From contig JADGIG010000022.1 of assembly GCA_018985235.1 (NCBI GenBank), positions 1-42,016 on the forward strand: DNA of 42,016 nucleotides. Direction: 5' to 3'. The stretch is from Sanchytrium tribonematis (lineage: Eukaryota). The translations under genes were made by a program, and so were the position numbers. Under the pieces are notes generated by a model. The model saw nothing but the letters and a program-made list of their open reading frames with translations, searched no databases and was not told the DNA's origin. Of this stretch, positions 1-10,957 are shown piece by piece (position 1 is the stretch's first letter; each line of letters begins with the position of its first letter).

Positions 1-688
1 CTTGCTCATAATATCTAAGTACGAAATAGGCTGTTTGAAATATGAGCCAGGCAAAACTTGAGAATAGCAATTCTTTAAAAATGCCTAAGGTTATGCTCAC
101 TGTGAAGAGTAGTTTAATGAGAATTGCCTGGAGAATAAAATATACAACAAAAGAAATTTGATAAAATGTCAAGCTATCAAATATATAACAAACTTTTCCC
201 ACTCTCTGAACTTTCGCAAAAAAAATGATGATCGCAATTATAACATGAATGACAAAAGCGCCTAGTAATACCAAATATCTAGTCTTTCTGAACATTACAT
301 AAGGCTTACCTAGGAACCACTCATATGTAATTGGAATGCAAGTATGCTCTAAATTGTAATCTACAGCGGATTTCATTGCTTTTGCTAATTTTGCTTCATT
401 AAAATGCCAAGCAAAATACACTGTCCACGACCGTAATAGAATGGGCAGGGAACATAGAGAAACATAAATATGTGAAGCCCAAAATGCTAAATCGCATGCA
501 TCTTGATGCAAATACAACACAAGCGTTATGATAAAATGCAAAACATTAAAAACTCCACCAAAAATGGAAATATCAGGTATTCTATTTTTAAGCTGTTGTT
601 TCCCTGAATTTAATGCAAATGATAAAATCATTATTAGTTGAAAAGGAGTTCCAATAATTAACATTAACAAAGCCAAAGAGTCAAGCAT
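1..688 (-). CDS. Multi-pass membrane protein, 7TM-RGS (GprK/RGS1-type) receptor-like; 3' end runs off the window
   Basis: Not in the ORF track. Manual translation from ATG at 688 stays open to base 1: MLDSLALLMLIIG...QQLKNRIPDISIF...ACDLAFW...ILLRSWTVYFAWHFNEAKL...TLGIFKELL. Six hydrophobic segments and loop motifs resemble 7TM-RGS proteins; an RGS domain is not visible in the window. Confidence 0.6.
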   Translation of the reverse strand, partial: MLDSLALLMLIIGTPFQLIMILSFALNSGKQQLKNRIPDISIFGGVFNVLHFIITLVLYLHQDACDLAFWASHIYVSLCSLPILLRSWTVYFAWHFNEAKLAKAMKSAVDYNLEHTCIPITYEWFLGKPYVMFRKTRYLVLLGAFVIHVIIAIIIFFAKVQRVGKVCYIFDSLTFYQISFVVYFILQAILIKLLFTVSITLGIFKELLFSSFAWLIFQTAYFVLRYYEQ

Positions 689-712
689 TTCCGTTTTATT
701 TAAACAAAGAGT

Positions 713-1798
713 TTACCCACGCAGTTGAATGTTGCATTCCGTTGCTAATATGTCTCTAATTTCTGATTGAACTTTGTTGATTTCCTCATTAGTCAGTGTC
801 CTGTCCCACGCCCTAAAGGTCAATTTGATTGTAATGCTCCATTTTTTAGCTTTCGGATGAAAAAATTTATCAGATACTTTTACTTCTTCGATGAGGTTAT
901 CAAAAGGCCTTATTGCATCGAATACAGAATTGATATGAAATTTCCCATTAATTATGGGGTCAAATTCAGAATCTGCCTCATTAATATAGAAAGAAATTTC
1001 TTTATAACAAGGTTGGAAATTGCTAAAAGGCTTAAATGCTTTTTGCTTAGGAACCGCGTCAACAACTACATCCGGGTTCATTATAAATTGGTTGTTAAAT
1101 CTTGGCTCATTTGTCCAAAACAAGCGTATATCTGGAATATTGTACAACAGCATACAAAGACGCTCAATTCCTATGCCACACGCCCACCCGATCTTACCAT
1201 TGTGAGGCGATTTTTGAATTATTTCCTTCCTTATGACTCCACTTCCTAATAGCTCCAGCCATTTCCCGTTTATAAAAGCTTCTAATTCAAAGCTTGGCGC
1301 CGTGAATGGAAAATAGGCATCCACCCATCTGAATTTTACGGTCGGAATGGTATTTTTGAAAAGATAGAGCATAAGTTGCTCAAGAAATTGTTTAAGATCC
1401 GCAACGACTTCAGTCTCATTACTACTTTCAAAAATCTTAATTGCATCCATCTGGTGAAATATGGGATAATGTGTTTTGTCAATTTCATCTTTCCTGTAAG
1501 TATCACAAATCCAGTACGCCTGCTTGTATTTTTTAAGCACATCCTCCTGGTGACATGTTGCGTGAGTTCTTAATACATAGTTGTCATTTATATAATATGT
1601 GTCACCTTTAGATCTACCAACATGATCTTTTGGAAACAATAAAGAATCGAAATTTTGTTGTACAGTTACTTTTGGGGGTGGAGCCGTAACTCTATCAAAA
1701 TTATTACTTGCCATATAACGATCAATAAAATTCACAATTTTTAATAAAGGTGCGTTTCCTGGTGTACAAAGCGGTTTTTGCAAAACTCTTTTCAGCAT
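713..1798 (-). CDS. MSF1: Mitochondrial phenylalanyl-tRNA synthetase (monomeric, C-terminal FDX-ACB domain)
   Basis: QQNFDSLLFPKDHVGRSKGDTYY, LRTHAT, YRKDEIDKTHYPIFHQMD, FPFTAPSFE, GIGIERL, DRTLTNEEIN. Likely start is MLKRVLQK at 1798; the longer ORF start overlaps the opposite-strand gene. Confidence 0.93.
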   Translation of the reverse strand: MLKRVLQKPLCTPGNAPLLKIVNFIDRYMASNNFDRVTAPPPKVTVQQNFDSLLFPKDHVGRSKGDTYYINDNYVLRTHATCHQEDVLKKYKQAYWICDTYRKDEIDKTHYPIFHQMDAIKIFESSNETEVVADLKQFLEQLMLYLFKNTIPTVKFRWVDAYFPFTAPSFELEAFINGKWLELLGSGVIRKEIIQKSPHNGKIGWACGIGIERLCMLLYNIPDIRLFWTNEPRFNNQFIMNPDVVVDAVPKQKAFKPFSNFQPCYKEISFYINEADSEFDPIINGKFHINSVFDAIRPFDNLIEEVKVSDKFFHPKAKKWSITIKLTFRAWDRTLTNEEINKVQSEIRDILATECNIQLRG

Positions 1799-1838
1799 TC
1801 TTAAATTAACTCTACAAACAAGGAGAAAATTAATTTGA

Positions 1839-3161
1839 ATGAGTAAAAATCCAACTCTGAAAAGGAAGAGAGAAGAGGGTGACGCAATTTTTATATCAAA
1901 AAAGAAAAGAAATGTATTTACCGAGATGCAACTAGAAAGCAAGATAAAAAGTGAAGATGATAGAACAAATTTACACTCTGATATTGTTTGTATCCCAAAC
2001 ACCTGGGACATCTATATACCACGGAAAACCAAGAGGAAAGTGCATGAAGTCTTGGATTTTAGCGAAATTTCTCACAATAATTTTAAAAAAGTCAAACCAC
2101 TTTCGAGCAGTCCTCTATTAGAAAGTAGCTCCACACTGAAAAATGAAGAATTGGTAGAATGTGCTAAAAAATCTGACTCGCCGCCGATTGCTGAGTCGGA
2201 AGTAGTTGTTACACAGGCTGTTGTTACTAAGGGACACGAAGAAGACATTTCTAAAAATTATGTAGCTAAAACTGTGGAAAAAAATAACAATGCGATTGGT
2301 GTTGAGCAGAGCAGTCCGGGAAATATTTCAAATTTGAATGAGGTCAAACCTGAAATTAAAAAATCCCCAATTGATACTGAGAACGGTTCGACTTTGGATG
2401 AAGTGCGAATAGATCCATCAAAAGATATATTGGAATTCAAAATGGATCAGGAAAAAGCTCCCGAAAGCAATTCTATTGAAGTTCCTGCAAAGGACAATAT
2501 GCACGATTCCCCTGATAACAGTGAACATGGACAAATAGACAATACAAATAATTCAGCAAATAATGCTTTCGCTACATTTAAATTTGGCGAGTCAAACATG
2601 AATTTTAATTTCGGAAAGAAGAATTCACCTAGTAAAATTGGTTCTGGTACTGCAGCACAATTTACTTTTAAGGGAGTCGATTCTGGGCCTAATATTAAAC
2701 CGAATCTTGCTGATAGTGAAAAAACATCGCAATTTAATTTTAAAGGCACAAACTTTGAGACTAACATGACACCAAATTTCACTAATACAGGGAAAGTAAC
2801 ACAATTTTCTTTTACTGGCATGAGCGGCAATACACAATTTCCATTTAATTCACTGGCTTCGCAACCCTATAATCATTTTACCACATCTCCCCCAAACAAT
2901 ACCGAAGATACAGAAATGTCAGTAGATCCACAGATTTCGCAAAATGCGACCAATGTGGTCAGCCCAATTCAAAATAGTGGTTTTGCTCAACCTCTATTGG
3001 GTAATCAGATTTTAAGTTTCGACGGATCATCTTCTGTGAATACAACTCCACCTCTGGGAATTTTTGGTCAGAGCACTGCTAATAATTCGTCAATTTTTGG
3101 AATATCCTCAAATAATTCCGCTTCCACAACAAGGAGACCAGCCAGAAGGCGAAACTTTTAA
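1839..3161 (+). CDS. Low-complexity FxF/FG-repeat protein, probable nuclear-basket nucleoporin (Nup1/Nup153-like)
   Basis: N-terminal basic NLS-like clusters, an acidic disordered middle, repeats FKFG, FNFG, QFTFKG, QFNFKG, QFSFTG, GIFG, SIFG, and a basic C-terminus RRPARRRNF. Confidence 0.6.
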   Translation: MSKNPTLKRKREEGDAIFISKKKRNVFTEMQLESKIKSEDDRTNLHSDIVCIPNTWDIYIPRKTKRKVHEVLDFSEISHNNFKKVKPLSSSPLLESSSTLKNEELVECAKKSDSPPIAESEVVVTQAVVTKGHEEDISKNYVAKTVEKNNNAIGVEQSSPGNISNLNEVKPEIKKSPIDTENGSTLDEVRIDPSKDILEFKMDQEKAPESNSIEVPAKDNMHDSPDNSEHGQIDNTNNSANNAFATFKFGESNMNFNFGKKNSPSKIGSGTAAQFTFKGVDSGPNIKPNLADSEKTSQFNFKGTNFETNMTPNFTNTGKVTQFSFTGMSGNTQFPFNSLASQPYNHFTTSPPNNTEDTEMSVDPQISQNATNVVSPIQNSGFAQPLLGNQILSFDGSSSVNTTPPLGIFGQSTANNSSIFGISSNNSASTTRRPARRRNF

Positions 3162-3231
3162 GCATCAAATAAATTGTACCATTTACAATTTATTGGCGCA
3201 TGTAGACAAAATGGAGTAAAAATTTACTAAT

Positions 3232-4318
3232 TTACAAGATTCCACTTTCTTTGAGCGCATTTTGCAAGATGGTGTCTTTAACAGCAGCAAAAACTAAATT
3301 AAACAAAAATACCAAGCCTGATATTCGACGTGTCAGTTGCGCAAGTCAAATGTGGATATATTTTAAGTTTAGCTCTATTTACATTAGAAAATTTTCCAAG
3401 GACATACTTCGTTGCTTTGTTAAAGTCGTCTCCGCCAGAATAATCTGGAAAATATTTCTCCAATGGAACTTGCGGTAATTTTGCCTTGAAAAGATCAACT
3501 TTGTTAAGAAACAAAATCATCGAAGATCTAACAAACCATCTCGAATTAATAACAGATTCAAATAATATGATCGATTCATTCATTCTGTTCTGTTTGCTAT
3601 CTTCTAGAAGTGATTGGTCATATTCAGATAAGGAAGTAATGAAAATGACAGATGTAACTCCTTCAAAACAATGAATCCATTTTTTACGTTCACTTCTTTG
3701 ACCACCAACGTCGAACATATGAATAGCCAGCTGTCCCATGTGAAACCTGGTTTCAACGATACCAGTAGTTTTAATACGAGCACGTAAAATATCTTGCTCA
3801 TTTGGTACATAATTGGATTGACAAATTCTCTTTACTTCAGAAAAGAAATAAGGAGCACTGTCAAGTAAATAAAATTCGCTTGATCTTTTCAATGCTTCCT
3901 GGACAACTGGATCAGCCCACAAAGAGGTAATAATATCCGCATGTTCTTGATTCAAGGAAAGTTGGTTGGTATCTTTTTGTCCTTCTGTCAATTCTTGAAA
4001 TCTTTTTGCTAATTTTTTGTTTTTTTCTACTCTCCAATTCAATCCAAGTTTTACCAACGCGTCAGTGAATAATTTGACACTCAATACTATATTGGCATAA
4101 ATTGTAGGTTTAAATGAAAGAGATTCTTGAGTATTATAACCATTCATATGTATGATTTTCATTTGTCGAACAATTGTGGATTTACCAGATTCACCAGCAC
4201 CGAGTAATAAAATTTTACATTCTCTTTTATACTTTTCAGCATCCCGTAAGAGCTGGTCTTCTATTTCTTGATTTCGTTTCTTTTGTCGTCGAATTTCACC
4301 AGAACATGCAGCTCCCAT
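3232..4318 (-). CDS. Heterotrimeric G-protein alpha subunit, fungal group III-like (355 aa, one intron)
   Basis: MGAAC lipidation motif, [21 protein letters not shown]. Splicing 3294-3312 restores the C-terminus RLVFAAVKDTILQNALKESGIL*. Confidence 0.95.
3294..3312 (-). other. 19-nt spliceosomal intron
   Basis: gtatttttgtttaatttag; removal restores the conserved G-alpha C-terminal helix. Confidence 0.95.
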
Positions 4319-4398
4319 ACTTCTCGCGTTTCAAAAAGTTTTAAAGCCTCAAACGGAAGCTAAAATTTTGAGACATTTATTTAAAGTGAGAATTTATT

Positions 4399-5491
4399 TT
4401 ACAATATGAATTTCTTGAAAAGTTCGGTTATTTTGGAGGATCTCGAAGAATTTGGTACAACATAGGGTTGTAAAATTTTAAGTTTGGAAAGGCTACTTAG
4501 GGATGCCCTATTGTCCGGATTTTTATAAAGCATTTCTTTGATTATTATATGATAAGAAGAAGTCTCATCGGGGTAATTAGGCTCTAAGCTCGCCATTATT
4601 TCATACAAATCAGGTAAATTATCCGCATCCCATGGCAAACAGCCATGAAATAAGCAATACAAGGTCACACCTAAGGCAAATATATCTATTTTAGTTCCAT
4701 CGAGCCTTTTCTCTCTCCTTACCTCTGGTGGTGTAAATGCAGGTGTGGTTTCTTTTGGAGAATCAATAATTAGTTGCTTTCCGGAGGGGACACATATAGA
4801 CATTCCGAAATCGGTTAATTTGATATTTCCATTAAAGCATACAAGAATATTATCCGGCTTAATGTCACAGTGAATAATTCGATTGGAATGCAGGAAAGAA
4901 ACAGCGTTTAACATCTGGCCAAAAACCCTTAAACATTCCGTTGTTTGCAATGGCGAGGTTTTCATTTGTGATTCAATATGCATAACTGGGCCCGCACATA
5001 ATTCGAATACTGAGTTAACATGAAGTACTTAAATAAACTGCGTCTGATTTTTGGTCATCTAAAACGTCATATAGTTTCGTTATTCTAGGATGCTCAATTG
5101 CTTTTAAAATTTTGATTTCGTTCTCTAGAGATATACCGTAACTCCAAAAAGCATGGCGTTTTAGTAGTTTTCTAGAGATTACTTTGCACGCATAATGCTT
5201 ATGATCTATTGTGTTCAAAACTTGTAAAACCTTGCTGAACGAGCCTTGTCCTATAGTATTTAAAACGATATACTGATTAATGATGTCATACTGTGCAATT
5301 TTTGATGTCAGTAAAAATTTCTGCTGAGTAGCGGGCGTAGAATGGGTACGTATATGATTTGGATCAGAATATCGTCTGATGCCATTGTAACTGGGAACTC
5401 TTATATGTTCCCTATGCTCACTTGGTCTATGTAAATTAAGATATGAGCTGTTAAGTAAATCTTTTGAATCTTGTACTTCTTTTTGTTCCAT
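4399..5491 (-). CDS. Ser/Thr protein kinase, CaMKK/Ssp1-like (357 aa, one intron)
   Basis: INQYIVLNTIGQGSFSKV, ACK, LYDVLDD...VYL|IFELCAGPVM across the intron, HCDIKPDN, DFG, TPAFTPPE. Confidence 0.85.
5010..5028 (-). other. 19-nt spliceosomal intron
   Basis: gtacttcatgttaactcag; joins the two kinase-lobe ORFs in frame. Confidence 0.95.
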
Positions 5492-5533
5492 TTTAGAAAA
5501 AGCCAATTTTCAAAACACGAATTTATTTTGTTT

Positions 5534-7958
5534 TTAGACATCCTGAATAAATATTTGTCTCACATGCTTCGCTTGAACCTCCAGATCAGATGTGCTTTGA
5601 CATAGGTCTAAAAATTTCAGCATCCAAGCACCCTTTAAATTTGTTGTCAGTAGTGGATTGTCAGCCACATGCGGGATTATGTCATTTATAAGACCCAAAA
5701 GAGATTTATAAAGCTGGACATCTCTCAGATAAACATCCTCTGCGCAATTATTGACAAATGTAACGATAAATGGCACTAGAGACTGGAGTATATTTGCTAA
5801 ATTAGTCGACAATACGCTTTGCTTTCATTGCCCATAGTAATTCTATTAAGCAATCCGCGGTAGCTTGGCGTAGCTCTAGAGTGAAATCAGAGTCACTTGC
5901 ATCTATAACAGTACTTGCTGTTGTTAAGATCGATGCTATGTTTTGTAAATAGGGTTCGAAAGAACTTCCCATAGCTGCAGCAAAATCTCCTAGACAAGTC
6001 AAAATAACAGGTTTGACAGACTTCTCCACTGACTGGCTTGTCAAGAGTTGAAATAGTGGTTCAATGAACTCCGAAAAGAATACGCTGGAACCATTCATTT
6101 TCGCAATGTCGCTCAGAAGAAATATTGCATTTCTTAATAAGGAGGGGCTTGTTTGCTGATTCAGAGACGACGAAATGTGCGATTTTAGTGTATTTAAGTA
6201 GCGCATGAATTTATCACCCATAACAAGAACGATAGTTCCCATAATTCGGAGACAATCTTCAGGAATTTTGGTAAAAGCCCCCATAAGTGTTTGCATTATG
6301 TTGTCAACAAGAGATATTTCTAAATTGTCAATTCTTGCAACAACCCTTTCTACTATACAACCCATGTTTTCCAGATGTTCAATAATCGCATTTGATTGAA
6401 TCGCAATATTAGATGTATTGGTAAAACTGCTCAGAGCCTGAGAGCCAATGTTTTCAATAACACCACGTTCACAGTCAGGAGAATTTAGAATGAAGGATTC
6501 TAAAGTTTCAGTTGCTGCTCTTCGAACGCGTGATGGCTCTTGAGGAGTGGGGACACCAGCCATTATAAGTAGACGACCAGAAAGTTTGCTTATAACCAAA
6601 GAACTTGTGGGCGGTTTGTTTGCAATAAAATTACCCAACCCAATACACGATAGTAATTTTACTGGTTCTTCTAATTCCAATCCTTGCTCGAAAGCCGATA
6701 CAATAGAAGCAAAATGGTCTGGGTGAACATAGTTCAATAACTTGTCACAGATAGATCCCAAAACCCAAACACAACTTTCCCGGACACCCGCGCTTTCACA
6801 ACCAACTAATCCAATCAATATTGGGAGCGCAGAATTCACTAAGTGTCCAATGTATTCTGGATCTGGACCATCCAATATGCAGCCGAATGCTGTAACGGCA
6901 CCCTCTTTTAATATCCAATCATTTTGTACAATGTTTGATTCAATGAAAGGGATAACTTCATTTGCTAGATCATTTTTGAGCAATTGCGCAAATAAAGTCA
7001 AACAATTTACAGCAGATGTATATATACACCATTCATCCTTGTCCACATCCTCACAATTTGTCAAAAGCCATGTTAAAATTGGAACAACATCTTTTAAATG
7101 AGTTTTTGCAAAATTCATCATTTGCTTGTCCTGGTATTGTGTAATATTGATTTCTTCATCGCAAATTGTACTCCAAAATTCAATGGCTTGGAGTGCTACC
7201 TGTTCGTCTTTATGAGTTACTCCGTATTGCATTGCAGCTGTTGTAAGACCCGACAAAGCATTTTTCATGTAAGGCTCCATAAATTCATAGTAAATCGTCA
7301 TGATTTTAACAAGACATTCAAAAGCTACAGTTCTAACTTCAGAGTCTTTGTATATACAACAAGTGCAAACAGTCTCCATAATGTAATTTCTCTCACCTTC
7401 AACCTGGAAGTTATCTTTAACGAAAGCAAGTGAATTATTCAAGGCTGCAATACTTGCTTTTTTCACTTTAATAGAATCGTGATTGGCTCCATAAATTACT
7501 GCAGTTAAAATTGGATTAGCGTATGCTTTTAAATATTCAGAATCGACCTTTTCACATATATAGCCAATGGAGCTTAACGCATTGGCTTTTTTACTGTCTG
7601 AATTGGGTGATTGTATTATTTGCATTAGCCTAGGTACCACCAACCAACTCTCAATTTCAACAGCCGCCATGCTTGATATTGCAATTGGAGCCATTGAAGA
7701 TTCCAACAATTCCAGCAAATTCTCGTGAATGGAATTGCGGATTTCAACATTCGTACCCAATATTTCTGTCGATCTTTTTTCGCAAATATTTTTTAATAAC
7801 AAGCAACAGCCACTTACAATTTGGTCATTTTTCTTAGCTTTAAATTCAATATTTATATAATCCAATCCTGCATTTAAATCTAACAATAGACCCTGAAGCT
7901 CTGCTTCTGCAGCAGCGTTTCCTTGGAGTGACTTGATTAAAACATCAGCAAATGACAT
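5534..7958 (-). CDS. KAP95: Importin beta-1 / karyopherin beta (801 aa, one intron)
   Basis: IGYICE, ILTAVIYG, ALNNSLAFVKDNFQVEGERNYIME, VALQAIEFWSTICDEE, AFGCILDGP, VKPVILTCLGD. Start MSFADVL at 7958. Confidence 0.92.
5797..5815 (-). other. 19-nt spliceosomal intron
   Basis: gtattgtcgactaatttag; joins the importin body to its last HEAT repeats (KAK-PNILQSLVPF). Confidence 0.93.
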
Positions 7959-8134
7959 TGTGTGACAATTTGACTCCAATTAAATTTGTGTTGAAAAGAG
8001 CAGCAATTGTATGGCAGCCATGCGTCGTGTTCTTAACACCTCACTGAATTCGACAGCATCTAGTTCACGGTTATATTTTAACGCAAATTTTAATTTAACT
8101 TAATATCGTTAAGACATTTAATTTATTTACATCA

Positions 8135-9243
8135 TCACATAATCCCAACATCCTTCAACGTATTGCTTACGATTGTATCTTTGACAGCATTAAATACGAC
8201 TCTTATGTTGCTAAATAAATTTAAATTACTTGGTATCCGTAGCACATGTTATGTGAGGGTATATTTTTAATTTTGCACGATTGACATTTGTAAATTTTGA
8301 TAAAATGTATTTCGCTGCTCTAGTGACATCATTTCCACCATTATAATCATCATAAAAATTTTCCAATGGAGATCGATCGAGTTTGTCTTTGAATGCGTCT
8401 GCTTTGTTCAAAAACAGTATAAGAGAGCTTTTTTGAAACCACCTCGAATTGATGACAGAATCAAATAGAGAAATCGATTCTTGCATTCTATTTTGGCTTG
8501 AATCCTCGAGTAGTGCTAAATCATAGTCTACAAGACTTACAAAAAATATCACGGAAGTAACAGCTTCAAAGCAATGGATCCATTTCTTTCTCTCACTTCT
8601 TTGCCCACCCACATCAAACATGCTATATCAGAAAAAGTTACTGTATGCTTAACCCTTGGACATTAAATTTTGTTTCGACTATTCCAGTCGTTTTTATCCT
8701 AACTCGTAAAATATCCTGTTCCGAAGGAACGTAGTTTTCATTGGCAATACGTTCCATTTCTTTAATATAATATGGCGTCGAATCTAACATGTAAAATTCA
8801 TTGGAACGATACATTGCCGTACTCGCAGAAGAATCTTCCCAAAGCTCTTTGATGGTTTCCATATGACTTTGTGTGAATTTCAATTCATCAGACTTTTTCA
8901 TATCCTCAAATTCTTGAAGTAGAGCCTCGCATTTTTGTCGGATTACATCAGAGGACCAGCCAATTTTCAGCTTATTTAAAATCCCATCATTGAGGAGCAT
9001 GATTCCAGTAAATATATTCATATATATTGAAGCCTTGAAGGCCAGGCATTCCTGTTTGGAGTAGCCATTCATATGCATAATTTTCATCTGTCTAACAATT
9101 GTTGATTTTCCAGACTCTCCTGATCCTAGTAGTAGTATCTTGGCTTCTTTCTTGAGATTTTCAGCATCTTTTTTCAAACCCTCTTCTATTTGAGAATTTT
9201 TTTGACGAGCAACATTTAAATCCGAAGAACTACACGCACCCAT
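8135..9243 (-). CDS. Heterotrimeric G-protein alpha subunit (356 aa, two introns)
   Basis: MGAC start, [53 protein letters not shown] after splicing. Confidence 0.95.
8211..8229 (-). other. 19-nt spliceosomal intron
   Basis: gtaatttaaatttatttag; restores the G-alpha C-terminus. Confidence 0.95.
8623..8641 (-). other. 19-nt spliceosomal intron
   Basis: gtaactttttctgatatag; phase 2 in the His codon preceding MFDVGGQ. Confidence 0.95.
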
Positions 9244-9304
9244 TTTAAGATTTGTTTCGAAACGCATAAACATATGGCTTTAATTATTTATTGTCAACAT
9301 TATC

Positions 9305-9748
9305 TCAAAAGGAAACCCAGCCCTTCCCATCGTTACTCTTACTCGCTCCTTTATTTATGACAATTGTAGATTTCAGTTGAAAATTACCATCTGGAAGATC
9401 AGCTATATCCTTTTCCTTATTTGGTGCAACTACGTTATTGGAGACACCAGACATTCTTTGTTGTAGCTCTATAGCATCACTTCTGTCTGCTAAACCGATT
9501 CCGCAAAAAAATTGCTTTCCGCCCTGCTCTAACTTGACAACAAAATATCTACTAGAATCTTTTACTGGTGTTAAAATCGATGCACTTTTACCATAGATTT
9601 CCCTCGTATATTGATTCACAAGCTCAAAATAAGATTTCTCAATCTGCAGTGTCCCTTCCCAAACACAATCAATAAAGTCTTGAGTTGAGTACGCGTAATT
9701 TCCATTTTTAATATTTATAGTAAAAATTTGAACGGGACAAACAAGCAT
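9305..9748 (-). CDS. NECAP: NECAP-like adaptin ear-binding coat-associated protein (PHear domain)
   Basis: WEGTLQI, DSSRYFVVKL, GIGLADRSDA and a C-terminal WVSF-COOH (WxxF) motif. Confidence 0.8.
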   Translation of the reverse strand: MLVCPVQIFTINIKNGNYAYSTQDFIDCVWEGTLQIEKSYFELVNQYTREIYGKSASILTPVKDSSRYFVVKLEQGGKQFFCGIGLADRSDAIELQQRMSGVSNNVVAPNKEKDIADLPDGNFQLKSTIVINKGASKSNDGKGWVSF

Positions 9749-9765
9749 TGACCTAAAAGTAGTTT

Positions 9766-10155
9766 TTACTTTAAAGATTTGATAATCTCATCTGTAAGCT
9801 CATTTAGCCAAGTAAGGAAATATTTGAATCCAAATAGTAGGCAAACAAATACCCCAAAAAGACCCATAAATGTGTAGGGATATAGATACACCATTATGAT
9901 AGAAACCAAAAACAAACCACTAGGAAGAGTCATGATAGCGTAATTACGCTGCCTTCTGGGTTGATATGTATCTATTGTGGTTGTATATCTTCGCTTTCGC
10001 CTACTTTTCATTTCAAACCGTATCTCTTTTTTAGTTTCATTTTTGATTGTATTTACATTTTTAACGTTTACTTGATCCTCTCCTTCAGTTTTCTTTGACA
10101 TTTGGGAAGTACCTTGCTGAATCATTTCCTCTAATTTGTGGTTCAACTCGTCCAT
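9766..10155 (-). CDS. Small hypothetical membrane protein (two C-terminal hydrophobic segments after a basic stretch)
   Basis: 129-aa ATG ORF filling the gap; hydrophobic hairpin at residues ~73-115. Confidence 0.6.
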   Translation of the reverse strand: MDELNHKLEEMIQQGTSQMSKKTEGEDQVNVKNVNTIKNETKKEIRFEMKSRRKRRYTTTIDTYQPRRQRNYAIMTLPSGLFLVSIIMVYLYPYTFMGLFGVFVCLLFGFKYFLTWLNELTDEIIKSLK

Positions 10156-10333
10156 AATTTTAAAAATTAAAAGGGGTTTTCTCCTTCATTTCAATCAAAC
10201 CTTACGACATATCCAGTGTATTGCGTAATATTGCAAAGGAAACTATATTTTCCATCAAGTATCACGCGCAACAATTTATGGATTTGGTTTTGTATATTGT
10301 GAATATTCTCCTGTGTGTCATAAAAATCAAAAT

Positions 10334-10943
10334 ATGCATTTGTTTGGAAGAAAACCACAGCCTAAAGACTCCATTCTTAAACTCAGGCAGACGTTGGACA
10401 TAATAGAAAAGCGGGAGTCGTATCTCCAAAATAAAATCAACAATGAAATGGTAGTAGCAAAACAAAACATTAACAATAAAAGGGTAGCATTAATGGCACT
10501 CAAAAGGAAGAAACAATATGAGCAGCAAATGGACAAATTGATGGGTGCCCGTATGACCATTGAACAGCAAGTTTTAGTGATCGAGAATGCGCAAGTCAAC
10601 TACGAGGCTATGCAGGCTATGAAGCAGGGTGCGCAATCTTTAAGCACTCTGCATAACAATATGAAAGTAGAGCAGGTTGACAAGGTTATGGATGATATAC
10701 GCGATCAAATGGATCTGGCAAATGAAATAAGTGATGCGATCGCACAACCTATGATTCAAATGGATGAAGATGAATTGTTAAAAGAATTGGAAGAATTGGA
10801 AGGCAATCAGCTCAGTGAAGAGCTTACTTCAGTTGGTCAAGTCAATGCACCTGCTGCTCCAAATACTCAATTGAAAAGTATATATAACTTATTTAGCTGA
10901 AGAAGAAGAATTAGAAGAACTAAAACAAGCCATGATGTTGTAA
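10334..10943 (+). CDS. SNF7: ESCRT-III subunit Snf7/Vps32/CHMP4 (196 aa, one intron)
   Basis: NKRVALMALKRKKQYEQQ, VDKVMDDIRDQ, EISDAIAQP, DEDELLKELEELE; splicing gives the terminal helix TEEEELEELKQAMML*. Confidence 0.93.
10878..10896 (+). other. 19-nt spliceosomal intron
   Basis: gtatatataacttatttag; restores the acidic C-terminal Snf7 helix. Confidence 0.9.
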
Positions 10944-10957
10944 AGAGTAAATTTTAT

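Noticed and set aside
1799..2011. N-terminal extension of PheRS overlapping the nucleoporin-like gene
   Set aside because: It is an antisense shadow of the + strand gene; ATG 1798 gives a plausible mitochondrial presequence.
9753..9769. 17-nt GT-AG segment (gtaaaaactacttttag, minus strand) whose removal would fuse the small TM protein in frame to NECAP
   Set aside because: It lacks the invariant A at -6 and T at -8 seen in all 14 supported introns and has the wrong length. Both ORFs are complete alone. RNA-seq could still test it.
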